Assembly: GCA_028703305.1 (NCBI GenBank)
Contig: JAQVNC010000001.1
Coordinates: forward strand, 1 to 54,790
Length of the DNA stretch: 54,790 nucleotides
Source of the DNA: Patescibacteria group bacterium
GTDB lineage: Bacteria; Patescibacteriota; Patescibacteriia; Patescibacteriales; GWC2-42-12
Reading direction: 5' to 3'
The first letter of the stretch is position 1. Each line of letters opens with the position of its first letter. Below, piece by piece: positions 45,354 through 54,154 of the stretch. Position numbers and translations under genes: made by a program. A model generated the notes under the pieces. It was not told the DNA's origin and did no database searches. It saw only the letters and a list, made by a program, of their open reading frames with translations.

Positions 45354-45382
45354 GAGCTGCTCAAAAAAGAGCAGCTTTTTTA
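45354..45382 (+). terminator. intrinsic terminator
   Basis: GAGCTGCTC-AAAAAA-GAGCAGCTT followed by a T-run. Confidence 0.65.
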
Positions 45383-45443
45383 TAAATAATTAATCAATTT
45401 TAGCCATAAAAAACTAATTTATATAACATTATTTCCAATTATC

Positions 45444-45472
45444 TTGACAATTAATAAATTTAATGGTATTAT
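45444..45472 (+). promoter_or_regulatory. promoter candidate for the lipoprotein gene
   Basis: TTGACA (45444-45449), 17-nt spacer, TATTAT (45467-45472). Confidence 0.5.
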
Positions 45473-45494
45473 ACAAAATCAGCTCCTTAAAAAA

Positions 45495-45559
45495 TTTTTC
45501 AAAATTATCCTAAATAGCGGGTTATAATATAGTCCTTTGCTTAGGATAATTTTGAAAAA
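45495..45559 (+). promoter_or_regulatory. 19-bp perfect-stem hairpin in the 5' leader
   Basis: TTTTTCAAAATTATCCTAA (45495-45513) pairs with TTAGGATAATTTTGAAAAA (45541-45559). Confidence 0.6.
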
Positions 45560-45594
45560 AACAAAAAATAAACCTTTTGAGGGGGTAAAGAACA

Positions 45595-46203
45595 ATGAAA
45601 ATAAGAACTTTCGCAGTTAGTATAATGGTGTTGGCTTTAGCGCTCGCGACCACCGGTTGCGTACGCGCAATCGTAAAGGACGTCAACCCGCGAGTTATAG
45701 GCAGCGATATCGATGCCACCGTTGAAAGGAATAAAGCTAACAAAGAAAAATATACAACTGCAATCAACGCGGAAAGTTTAAAAAGATCCCGAGCCGCAGA
45801 AAGACACCTAGTCGCTTTGGCAGAAATTAAAGGTTTATCAACCAGCGAAACCGGAAAAGGAGGAAAAGTACTTACTGCCGATGGTATTTTGGGCGGATTT
45901 CCAGCAATAATTATCAACGATTCCGCCTGTGCTGTCTCTGGAAAAATAACCCAAATAGGTGGCGATTATGGAGGTACTACCTGGTCTTTTGACGTTAAGG
46001 CCAATGGCGGAATAAAAGAAATGAAACTTGAATCGCGAAATTATGCCATAAAGTGGTCATATCCACCTTCGGCCATAAACCACCCTCTGCCCGGTGAAGG
46101 CGATTCTGTCTTAACTGTCCATGATATCGTTAAATACATTGACGATCGGACAAAAGCACAATATCATGGCGGATACAAAATCAAGGGCAGATCATGCTAT
46201 TAA
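45595..46203 (+). CDS. lipoprotein of unknown function
   Basis: 202 aa; SD GAGGGGG; lipobox LATTGC. Confidence 0.65.
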   Translation: MKIRTFAVSIMVLALALATTGCVRAIVKDVNPRVIGSDIDATVERNKANKEKYTTAINAESLKRSRAAERHLVALAEIKGLSTSETGKGGKVLTADGILGGFPAIIINDSACAVSGKITQIGGDYGGTTWSFDVKANGGIKEMKLESRNYAIKWSYPPSAINHPLPGEGDSVLTVHDIVKYIDDRTKAQYHGGYKIKGRSCY

Positions 46204-46208
46204 CAACA

Positions 46209-46239
46209 TGGGAGAAGATATAATCTTCTCCCATTTTTT
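46209..46239 (+). terminator. intrinsic terminator
   Basis: GGGAGAAGA-TATAA-TCTTCTCCC followed by a T-run. Confidence 0.7.
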
Positions 46240-46308
46240 ATTAAAATTATTGAGGTTAGTTCATAACTAAATTTTCACCGCTAGCTCCAGTATTGCCCTC
46301 ACCTACCA

Positions 46309-46776
46309 TCAATTTGGTTTTAGTGGGGTTAGATTTTCACCGCTAGTCCCAGTAGCGCCCGTTCCTGCGCCTGCGCTTCCCGGCAGATTGCTAAACACAA
46401 AATAAGTTATGGAATAAGCAAGAATAATAATAACCAGACCGATAACCGCGCGGGTAATTGTATCTTTAGCTTTAGTCACTTTTTCCTCATCCCCTTGCGC
46501 CGTCATCCAAAGAAAACCCGCGTAAATAATTAGCACTAAAAAGATAATACCTAGAAGGCCTAAAAAAGCTTTAATACCTGTAGCCATAATACCTGACAAA
46601 CTATTAGCGCCAGTAGTTACGTCTCCGCTGCCCCATGATGGCCGGCCGGCATTATTCAGTTGAGTTCTTAGGTCAGCATTAACTCCGGCGCTAGCATTTT
46701 GAGCTAAACAAAAATTTATTGCCAATGAAAATAATAATACCGCCAATATAATTTTTTTAAAATATTTCTTTAACAT
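46309..46776 (-). CDS. TrbC/VirB2-like pilin paralogue 1 (last in the array)
   Basis: Signal peptide; core IIYAGFLWMTAQGDEEKVTKAKDTITRAVIGLVII; G/A/T-rich C-tail. Confidence 0.7.
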   Translation of the reverse strand: MLKKYFKKIILAVLLFSLAINFCLAQNASAGVNADLRTQLNNAGRPSWGSGDVTTGANSLSGIMATGIKAFLGLLGIIFLVLIIYAGFLWMTAQGDEEKVTKAKDTITRAVIGLVIIILAYSITYFVFSNLPGSAGAGTGATGTSGENLTPLKPN

Positions 46777-46778
46777 AT

Positions 46779-47183
46779 TTATTTTAAAATTCCGCTGGTT
46801 TTAGTTAAACCATCAATTATCCAATAACTAATGGCATAAGCGCCGATAGTTATAATAAGGCCGATAACCGCCCGGGTTAGCGTATCTTTAGCTTTAGTAA
46901 CTTTTTCCTCTTCGCCTCTTGCCATCATCCAGCCATAGCCGGCATATATAATTAAAATTAAAAAGATAACGCCTAGGATACTTAAAAACGCTTGGATGCC
47001 AATGCCGACAATACCGGCTAAATCGTTTGTTCCGATACTTACCGGCTGATATGGGCTACTCGGGTCTTTACCCATTTTTTCTAAATTTCCATAAGCGTCG
47101 CTCGCGGCTGAAACAATATAAGGCAAGGCTAAAATTGCTATTAAACTAATTAAAATTACAAATTTTTTAAAAAAATTTTTCAT
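46779..47183 (-). CDS. TrbC/VirB2-like pilin paralogue 2
   Basis: Core IIYAGYGWMMARGEEEKVTKAKDTLTRAVIGLII. Confidence 0.7.
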   Translation of the reverse strand: MKNFFKKFVILISLIAILALPYIVSAASDAYGNLEKMGKDPSSPYQPVSIGTNDLAGIVGIGIQAFLSILGVIFLILIIYAGYGWMMARGEEEKVTKAKDTLTRAVIGLIITIGAYAISYWIIDGLTKTSGILK

Positions 47184-47245
47184 TATTTTAAAATAATTTT
47201 TATATTTATAATTATCTGTTTGTGCTAAATTAACAATATTCTTAA

Positions 47246-47716
47246 TTACTCGCCTTCGCCGCCGCCATCCGGGTACTGTGTCGCTGCCGGCGTTGTCCCA
47301 GCGCCCGTTGTATTTGCGCTACCACCGCCATTTAAAGTTCCGGCCGCTAACTTATCCATAACAAAAATACTAATGGCATAGGCCGCTACCACGATTATTA
47401 TACCGACAATCGCTCGTGTTATTGTTTCTTTAGCTTTAGTAACTTTTTCTTCTTCGCCCCTGGCCATCATCCAGTTATAACCCGCGTAGACCATTAAGAT
47501 TAAAAAAACCACGCCTAATATAGATAGGGCTCCGCTTATTACTGTGTTTATAATTGTAAAAAGTTTATCTCCAGAAGCATCTTGATATCCACCCTCTGTC
47601 ATGCTTACGTCTTGCAACTTGCCTAAAGCCGCGTTGTCAGCAGACACTAAATGCGGCAGCATAATAAAAGCAACCAGCCAAACTAACAAAATAATTTTAA
47701 AATATTTTTTAAACAT
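47246..47716 (-). CDS. TrbC/VirB2-like pilin paralogue 3
   Basis: Core MVYAGYNWMMARGEEEKVTKAKETITRAIVGIII; G/T/A-rich C-tail. Confidence 0.7.
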   Translation of the reverse strand: MFKKYFKIILLVWLVAFIMLPHLVSADNAALGKLQDVSMTEGGYQDASGDKLFTIINTVISGALSILGVVFLILMVYAGYNWMMARGEEEKVTKAKETITRAIVGIIIVVAAYAISIFVMDKLAAGTLNGGGSANTTGAGTTPAATQYPDGGGEGE

Positions 47717-47743
47717 CTTTCACTTATTTAAATAATTTAACTT

Positions 47744-48157
47744 TTATTTTAAAGTCGCGTCACCCAAAACCTTAACTACATACCAGCTAATTCCATAAGC
47801 GGCCAGAACCAAAATTAAACCAATAATCGCGTTAGTTAAAGTATTTTTGGCTTTGGTTACCAACTCTTCATTGCCGCGCGCCGTCATCCAAGTATAGCCG
47901 CCATAAATCGCCAGAGCTAAAAATACTACTCCAATAAAGCTTAAAATCGTATTAATAACTAAAGAAATCATCTCGTCCGGCTCGGTAATGCCCGTGTCAT
48001 ACCCGGCCCCCTTGTCTCCGGCCACTTTATCAAGCGGTCCCTCGCCTTTAAAAGCGTCTTCCAAATTAGCGGCCTGGCAAAAATTTAAACTTAAAACTAA
48101 CAGAACAAAAACTATAGCTATCTTTTTTATAATTTTAAAATTTAAGATTTTAACCAT
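47744..48157 (-). CDS. TrbC/VirB2-like pilin paralogue 4
   Basis: Core AIYGGYTWMTARGNEELVTKAKNTLTNAIIGLIL. Confidence 0.7.
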   Translation of the reverse strand: MVKILNFKIIKKIAIVFVLLVLSLNFCQAANLEDAFKGEGPLDKVAGDKGAGYDTGITEPDEMISLVINTILSFIGVVFLALAIYGGYTWMTARGNEELVTKAKNTLTNAIIGLILVLAAYGISWYVVKVLGDATLK

Positions 48158-48525
48158 AAAGTTGCCGCTAACTGCGTTATGGCATAAGCGCCTAAAACCA
48201 CCGCCAAGCCTATAATCGCGTAAATTATAATATTTTTAGCTCTTTCCACTTCCTGCTCATTGCCTCGCGCCATCATCCAAATAAATCCGGCGTATATTAT
48301 TAAACCTAAAAAAACAACCCCGATAAACATAGTGGAAATACTTATAATTGCTCCTATTTTAGAATACAGCATTGTTGCCGAATTGTCTGTTGGGCTATAA
48401 CCCATTCCTGTGGCCGAGCTCTTGAGGCCGCTAAAAAAATCAGCCGAGGCCGGAGTCGTATTAACGTTAAGCAACAAAATACTTAACGCCACCAAGCCAA
48501 TTATTGAAAATGAAAAATTTTTCAT
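48142..48525 (-). CDS. TrbC/VirB2-like pilin paralogue 5
   Basis: Core IIYAGFIWMMARGNEQEVERAKNIIIYAIIGLAV. Confidence 0.7.
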   Translation of the reverse strand: MKNFSFSIIGLVALSILLLNVNTTPASADFFSGLKSSATGMGYSPTDNSATMLYSKIGAIISISTMFIGVVFLGLIIYAGFIWMMARGNEQEVERAKNIIIYAIIGLAVVLGAYAITQLAATLWLKS

Positions 48526-48527
48526 AA

Positions 48528-48923
48528 TTACTGCCCCTTAAGAGTGTTGCCCAAAAAAGAAGTTATGGCATAAGCCATTAAAACTATTGCCAAGCCGATA
48601 ACCGCGGCGATTATAATATCTTTAGCTTTGCCGGCTGTCTGCTCATTGCCCATGGAGAACATCCATATATAACCGCCGTAAATCATTAAAATAAAAAAGA
48701 CTACGCCTAAAAACGATAAGCCCACACCCACGATTTTTCCAATGGTTATTTCTAGATTATCTTTTGTTACGCCGCCATAGACTTTTGCGGTATCATCTAG
48801 ACCAGTCGTTCCGACTGGATTTTTTGGATCATAAGCCGACAACCCCACCTGCGCCATTACTAAAAATGACAAAACGATCATTAGGCTGGAAAGAATAATT
48901 TTATGATATTTTGTTATAGCCAT
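48528..48923 (-). CDS. TrbC/VirB2-like pilin paralogue 6
   Basis: Core MIYGGYIWMFSMGNEQTAGKAKDIIIAAVIGLAI. Confidence 0.7.
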   Translation of the reverse strand: MAITKYHKIILSSLMIVLSFLVMAQVGLSAYDPKNPVGTTGLDDTAKVYGGVTKDNLEITIGKIVGVGLSFLGVVFFILMIYGGYIWMFSMGNEQTAGKAKDIIIAAVIGLAIVLMAYAITSFLGNTLKGQ

Positions 48924-48925
48924 AA

Positions 48926-48968
48926 GAGATTGCCGCGTCGCCCCGAGTACGGGGCTCCTCGCAATGAC
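48926..48968. repeat. REP-like element, GTCATTGCGAGGAGC...GCAATCTC type, reverse orientation
   Basis: Reverse complement reads GTCATTGCGAGGAGCCCCGTACTCGGGGCGACGCGGCAATCTC. Confidence 0.75.
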
Positions 48969-49074
48969 AATAAAGTATTTCCACTGCTCTATTCACTATC
49001 GTTAAATAGCGCGCAGGGCAGTGGCTCCCGCCAAAGCGGGAAACCACCTATTCTTAATACCGGTATTAAGAAAA

Positions 49075-49488
49075 TTAACTTTCCGTAGTAGCCGTAATCA
49101 GCGAATTTAAAACAAAAGTCGCGATGGCAAAAGCCGCTACGATAATTACCAAGCCGATGATGCCGGCGATGATTAATTTTTTAGCTTCGCCAACCTTGTC
49201 TTCATTGCCTCCGGCAGTCATCCATTTAAAGCCGCCCAGCAAAATTATAACCACGGCAATAATGCCCAAGAAACCCAAAATAACGCGGATAACCGAAGCC
49301 GCGATATCGCGCGGATCGCGTTCACCCAAACCGGTGGTAGTCTTAATGTTGTCTTTTAGCGTATCGCTGCCCCAAGGATTTAAAGTATCGCTGGCCGCTA
49401 AAGCCGGCAAAGAAAAAGACAAAACCGGAGTTAAAACAAATAGCGCCATGGCCAGTATCACCGCTTTTTTGAATAATGTTTTTTTCAT
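49075..49488 (-). CDS. TrbC/VirB2-like pilin paralogue 7 (first in the array)
   Basis: SD GGGAGGTG; core ILLGGFKWMTAGGNEDKVGEAKKLIIAGIIGLVI. Confidence 0.7.
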   Translation of the reverse strand: MKKTLFKKAVILAMALFVLTPVLSFSLPALAASDTLNPWGSDTLKDNIKTTTGLGERDPRDIAASVIRVILGFLGIIAVVIILLGGFKWMTAGGNEDKVGEAKKLIIAGIIGLVIIVAAFAIATFVLNSLITATTES

Positions 49489-49615
49489 TTTTCACCTCCC
49501 TTCAGGAAAACACGAATACGCGCGAATTCAATTCGCCGTATTTGTGCCGTTTAGATAATTTAAGTTATTAACATTAATTATATTTTACCATAGAACTTTA
49601 GTTTCAGCCAATAGC

Positions 49616-49698
49616 CTCGCAACCAGCAACCCATAGCTCGCAATTCGGAACCAAAGTTACAGGTTATGAGTTATGAGATGCGAGATGCGAGTTGCGAT
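49616..49698. repeat. inverted heptamer-word arrays
   Basis: CTCGCAA CCAGCAA CCCATAG CTCGCAA TTCGGAA ... TTATGAG TTATGAG ATGCGAG ATGCGAG TTGCGAT (49664-49698). Confidence 0.75.
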
Positions 49699-49730
49699 TT
49701 ATAAGAAAAACTGTTATAATTTTTTGTATT

Positions 49731-52679
49731 ATGGTTGTTTCATATTCTTCAAATCACATAAAATCACCGCAAAATTGGCGCCAGGCCAAGAAAAAATATT
49801 TTTTAAATAAAGCCAAGAAAAACACCTCGGGTTTCGGTTCCAGGGGCGGCGTTAAAAAATATTCCGGCGGCAACAATAAAAATCCATTAAAAATAAAATG
49901 GCCTAAGCCTAAAACCATTTTTATCGGCCTCTTGGCTTTGTTTATTTTTGGTTATGGCGGCTTTCTCTGGCTGACCCATGATCTGCCTGATCCCAACCGC
50001 TTAATTGAGCGCCAAGTGCCGGAGAGCACAAAAATTTATGACCGTACCGGCCAAACTATCCTTTATGAAATTCATGGCGACCAAAAGCGCACTATGATTA
50101 GCTTAAAAGATGTGCCGGAAAATTTAAAAAACGCCACTATTTCCATAGAGGATAAGGATTTTTATAAGCATGGCGGCTTTAGCTTGTGGGCAATTTTCAG
50201 AACCATAATAACAGACATATTTTTCGGCAAAACAGCCGGCGGCTCAACCCTGACCCAGCAGTTTGTTAAAAACGCGGTTTTAACCAATGAAAAAACTTTT
50301 ACCAGAAAAATTAAAGAAATTATTTTAGCCTACCGCTTGGAAAAGAAATTTTCCAAAGATGAAATTTTGCAGATGTACTTTAATGAAATCCCTTATGGTT
50401 CAACCGCTTACGGCGTTGAAGCGGCCAGCCAAAAATATTTCGGTAAATCGGCCCGCGATTTGAATTTGGCCGAATCGGCTATTTTGGCCGCCATTCCCCA
50501 GGCCCCCAGCCGCTATTCGCCTTATGGACCCAATAAAGACACTTTATTGGCGCGGCAAAAATATATTTTGGACTTAATGGCCAAATACGGCTATATCACC
50601 AAAGATCAGGCCGCGGAAGCTAAAAACACGCCCTTAACCTTTAAAGCCCCGTCTGACAATATGATGGCGCCGCATTTTGTTATGTATATTAAAGAGCTTT
50701 TAGCGGATAAATACGGCGAAAAAACCATAGAGCAGGGCGGCCTGAAAATTTATACCACGCTTGACTTATATAAACAAAAAATCGCTGAAGAAGTAATCAG
50801 CGAGAAAGCGCCAGGTAATGAAAAAAAATACGGGGCCACTAACGCCGCCCTGATTTCCATTGATCCCAAGAATGGCCAAGTTCTGGCCATGGTGGGTTCG
50901 CGCGATTATTTTAACGACGATATTGACGGCCAAGTTAATGTCGCCTTGCAGTCTCGGCAGCCGGGCTCATCTTTTAAGCCGATTGTCTATACTGCTTCAT
51001 TTATAAAAGGCTATACTCCCCAAACCGTGCTTTATGACGTTGTCACGAATTTTTCTACCGACCCGGCCAAACCCTACGAACCGCATAACTATGATTCAAA
51101 AGAGCATGGCCCGGTTACTATTAAACAGGCTCTGGCCGGCTCATTAAACATTCCGGCGGTTAAAGCTATTTATCTTACCGGCATTGATAATGTCATCAGC
51201 TTGGCGCAAAACTTAGGCTATACCACGCTTAATGATAAAAATCGTTTTGGCTTATCTTTGGTTTTAGGCGGCGGCGAAGTAAAACTGCTTGAGCATACCA
51301 ACGCTTTCAGCGCTTTTGCCCGTGAAGGCGTTAAGCATCCAGTGGCTGTTATTTTAAAAGTTGAAGATAAGGATGGTAAAGTCCTGGAAGAGTTTAAAAA
51401 TCTAGATGAAAAAGTTTTAGAGCCGGATATCGCCCGCCAGACCAACAGCATCTTATCGGACAATTCTGCCCGTGCTTACATCTTTGGGGCGAATAACTCT
51501 CTTACTCTGGGTTCACGCCCGGTCGCGGCTAAGACAGGCACTACCAACGACTACCGCGATGCCTGGACCATCGGCTACACCCCTTCGCTCGTAACCGGCG
51601 TCTGGGTGGGCAATAACGATAACACGGAGATGAAGCGCGGCGCCGACGGTTCAATTGTAGCCGCGCCGATTTGGCATGATTATATGAACAAGGTTTTAGG
51701 CAATACGCCAATTGAATATTTTAATGCTCCGGAAAATAAGCCGGCCGGCAAACCGATTTTAGACGGAGTGACTGATCCAGAGACCACGGTTAAAATTGAT
51801 AAATTTTCCGGCCTATTGGCTAACGAGTTTACGCCGGCTAGCGCCATCATAGAAAAACAATTCAAGCAGGCGCACTGCATCTTATATTACATCAATAAAG
51901 ACGATCCGCGCGGACCGGCGCCGGCCAACCCTAAAAGCGACCCGCAATTTAATTTATGGGAAAACGCCGTTTTAGCATGGGCGAAAAAACAAGGCATTAT
52001 TAACTCACCGGCGCCGACCGAATATGATAATATTCACCGTCCGGAATTAAATCCGGTTATTTCAATTGACTCGCCAAAAAACAATCAAACCATAACCAGC
52101 CAATTATTAAACGCGCAAATCAGCGCCTCGGCTTCTCGGGGTATTAGCAGAGCCGAATATTATATTGACGGTTATTTATTCGGCGCCGCGGCCTCTTACC
52201 CTTTTAGCCTTAATAAATCCATTAGCGCCCTAATCAATGGCTCCCATGAATTAACCGCGCGCGTCTGCGATGATATAGATAATTGCGCTGAACAAAAAAT
52301 AAGGTTTAATTTAGTGAATAATAGCCGGCCAAGAACTTCTAAGATTAACGTGACCCTAATTCAGCCGGCTGAAGGAGCCAATATTATTAAATACGATTTC
52401 CCACTGTCTTTAAAAGCCGAGGTTACAAACCAAGACCAAGTTGCCGGCGTTATTTTTTACTTAAAAGATGCAAGCGGCAACGCGCAAAAAATTATTCAAA
52501 GCCAAGTTATAAATGAAATTGCCGAAGCCCAGATAACCAACGCTTTAACTCCCGGTTCATATAAGCTTTACGCCGAGGCGCACGGCTGGCAGGGTCAAAC
52601 CGCCTTAAGCGAAGAAGTGTCTATCACTATTAATAATATGTCTCAAACGGCCACTACCACGCCGGCCGCCGCCCAATAA
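49731..52679 (+). CDS. class A penicillin-binding protein (PBP1A-like) with C-terminal Ig-like extension
   Basis: Start set to ATG 49731; glycosyltransferase motifs EDKDFYKHGG, GGSTLTQQ; transpeptidase SSFKP and KTGTT. Confidence 0.9.
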   Translation: MVVSYSSNHIKSPQNWRQAKKKYFLNKAKKNTSGFGSRGGVKKYSGGNNKNPLKIKWPKPKTIFIGLLALFIFGYGGFLWLTHDLPDPNRLIERQVPESTKIYDRTGQTILYEIHGDQKRTMISLKDVPENLKNATISIEDKDFYKHGGFSLWAIFRTIITDIFFGKTAGGSTLTQQFVKNAVLTNEKTFTRKIKEIILAYRLEKKFSKDEILQMYFNEIPYGSTAYGVEAASQKYFGKSARDLNLAESAILAAIPQAPSRYSPYGPNKDTLLARQKYILDLMAKYGYITKDQAAEAKNTPLTFKAPSDNMMAPHFVMYIKELLADKYGEKTIEQGGLKIYTTLDLYKQKIAEEVISEKAPGNEKKYGATNAALISIDPKNGQVLAMVGSRDYFNDDIDGQVNVALQSRQPGSSFKPIVYTASFIKGYTPQTVLYDVVTNFSTDPAKPYEPHNYDSKEHGPVTIKQALAGSLNIPAVKAIYLTGIDNVISLAQNLGYTTLNDKNRFGLSLVLGGGEVKLLEHTNAFSAFAREGVKHPVAVILKVEDKDGKVLEEFKNLDEKVLEPDIARQTNSILSDNSARAYIFGANNSLTLGSRPVAAKTGTTNDYRDAWTIGYTPSLVTGVWVGNNDNTEMKRGADGSIVAAPIWHDYMNKVLGNTPIEYFNAPENKPAGKPILDGVTDPETTVKIDKFSGLLANEFTPASAIIEKQFKQAHCILYYINKDDPRGPAPANPKSDPQFNLWENAVLAWAKKQGIINSPAPTEYDNIHRPELNPVISIDSPKNNQTITSQLLNAQISASASRGISRAEYYIDGYLFGAAASYPFSLNKSISALINGSHELTARVCDDIDNCAEQKIRFNLVNNSRPRTSKINVTLIQPAEGANIIKYDFPLSLKAEVTNQDQVAGVIFYLKDASGNAQKIIQSQVINEIAEAQITNALTPGSYKLYAEAHGWQGQTALSEEVSITINNMSQTATTTPAAAQ

Positions 52680-52692
52680 ATATTTTTTACAC

Positions 52693-52730
52693 AAAAAAAC
52701 GCCCCGCCAAATTTTGGCGGGGCGTTTTTT
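52693..52730. terminator. bidirectional intrinsic terminator
   Basis: A7-CGCCCCGCC-AAATTTT-GGCGGGGCG-T6 between the convergent PBP and dnaN genes. Confidence 0.8.
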
Positions 52731-52733
52731 ATT

Positions 52734-53903
52734 TTACTGCTTTATCGGCATAATAATATACAAATAACTATCATCTTGTCCTGCCTGCGCAGTTAGGTCC
52801 GGCTTAATAATACAAGGCGTATTGGAATCTATAACTTCAATTTTAATCGTTTCTTTTTCAATATTGTTTAAACCCTCCAAGAGATAGCGGTAATTAACTA
52901 CTATACTATTATCATCTCCCGACACTTTAGCCTCTAAATTGGTTATATTTTCTCCGGTTTGCCCGGAAACAGAAGAAATCACCACTTGATTTTTACCGGC
53001 CGGAAAATCCAAATTAACATCATTAATGCCGGCCTTAGAAAACAAAGAAGCCATTTTTACGGCGCGAATTAATTCTTGCCGGTCAATAGAAATTTTAGTT
53101 TTACTGTTGCTGGGAATAATTTGCTGATAATCCGGATATTGCCCCTCAATTAAGCGCGACACCAATTCGGTTGAGCCGTAAGTAAATAAAATTTGGTTTT
53201 CTGAAATATAAAATCTTATTTCGGAATTTTTTTCTTCCACCTCATCATCCAAATTAACCGATAAAATTCTTAAAAGCTCCTGTAAGGTTTTAGCCGGCAC
53301 AATAATTTTTTTTTCTTCCTCGCTGTTTGATTTAATTTTAATTTTTTTCTCGGCCAAGCGATAACTGTCGGTCGCGGCAATAGTTAAAATGCCGCCCGAA
53401 AAAGAAAACAGCACGCCGGATAATTCCAACCTGGTTTCACTTACGGCTGTGGCAAAAATTACCTGCGAAATCGCCCTTTTTACTTCTTCAGCCTCGGCAT
53501 AAAAATAATTTTTCCGGTCCACCTCCGGTATTAAAGGAAATTCTTCAGCTGATTGGCCTTTGACTTTAGCTTGATAGTTTTCACAATCAACCAATAAATC
53601 ATTTTCTGTTTGCTCTAAGCCGATTTTTTTATTTGGCAAAAGATTTATACAGTCGGAAATTATTTTTGAACTAACCGTATAAAAACCCTCTCTCTCAATT
53701 TTCCCCCTAACCGTGCTAATTACGCCTATTTCCAGGTTAGTGGCGATCAATCTTATTTTTCCCTCTTCAGCCCTTATTAAAACATTATTTAATATAGGTA
53801 GGTTTACGTTTTTACCGGAAACATGGCCAACCAACGCCAGGCCTTGTTTTAGATTTTCTTGCAAACTGAATATTTTTAACCCGCCGGGAGTTTGATTTGT
53901 CAT
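52734..53903 (-). CDS. dnaN: DNA polymerase III beta sliding clamp
   Basis: 389 aa; three-domain clamp pattern; position directly downstream of dnaA. Confidence 0.85.
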   Translation of the reverse strand: MTNQTPGGLKIFSLQENLKQGLALVGHVSGKNVNLPILNNVLIRAEEGKIRLIATNLEIGVISTVRGKIEREGFYTVSSKIISDCINLLPNKKIGLEQTENDLLVDCENYQAKVKGQSAEEFPLIPEVDRKNYFYAEAEEVKRAISQVIFATAVSETRLELSGVLFSFSGGILTIAATDSYRLAEKKIKIKSNSEEEKKIIVPAKTLQELLRILSVNLDDEVEEKNSEIRFYISENQILFTYGSTELVSRLIEGQYPDYQQIIPSNSKTKISIDRQELIRAVKMASLFSKAGINDVNLDFPAGKNQVVISSVSGQTGENITNLEAKVSGDDNSIVVNYRYLLEGLNNIEKETIKIEVIDSNTPCIIKPDLTAQAGQDDSYLYIIMPIKQ

Positions 53904-54154
53904 AAGAGGTTTTGGTTAAAGGCTTATTAATTAATAAGTATTTATAATATAATAACTAATAATAACAATAAGCAGGTTGATAAGTTGGATTTAAGTTAAT
54001 TTTTGGCTAATATTTAATATTTTATTAACTAAGAAAGGGTGGGTTGAGTGTTGATGGAGGTGTTTAAAAAACAGGCCGGCTGGGGACAATAAAATCTCTT
54101 AACAAATTTATAAACAAACTATTAACAAGCAAGCCATAGCTTTTCACCAAACCA

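Noticed and set aside
45522-45917. 131-aa minus-strand ORF
   Set aside because: It is antisense to the lipoprotein gene and its leader and has no start context. The plus-strand gene has an SD, a lipobox and a terminator.
49124-49558. 144-aa plus-strand ORF
   Set aside because: It is antisense to pilin paralogue 7, and the reverse-frame product is low-complexity.
53904-54154. The dnaA-dnaN spacer as oriC
   Set aside because: The spacer is AT-rich but has only degenerate DnaA-box-like sequences by eye (GGTTGATAA, AGTTGGATT, GTGTTGATG). I cannot exclude an origin here or upstream of dnaA outside the window, so it is not called as a feature.
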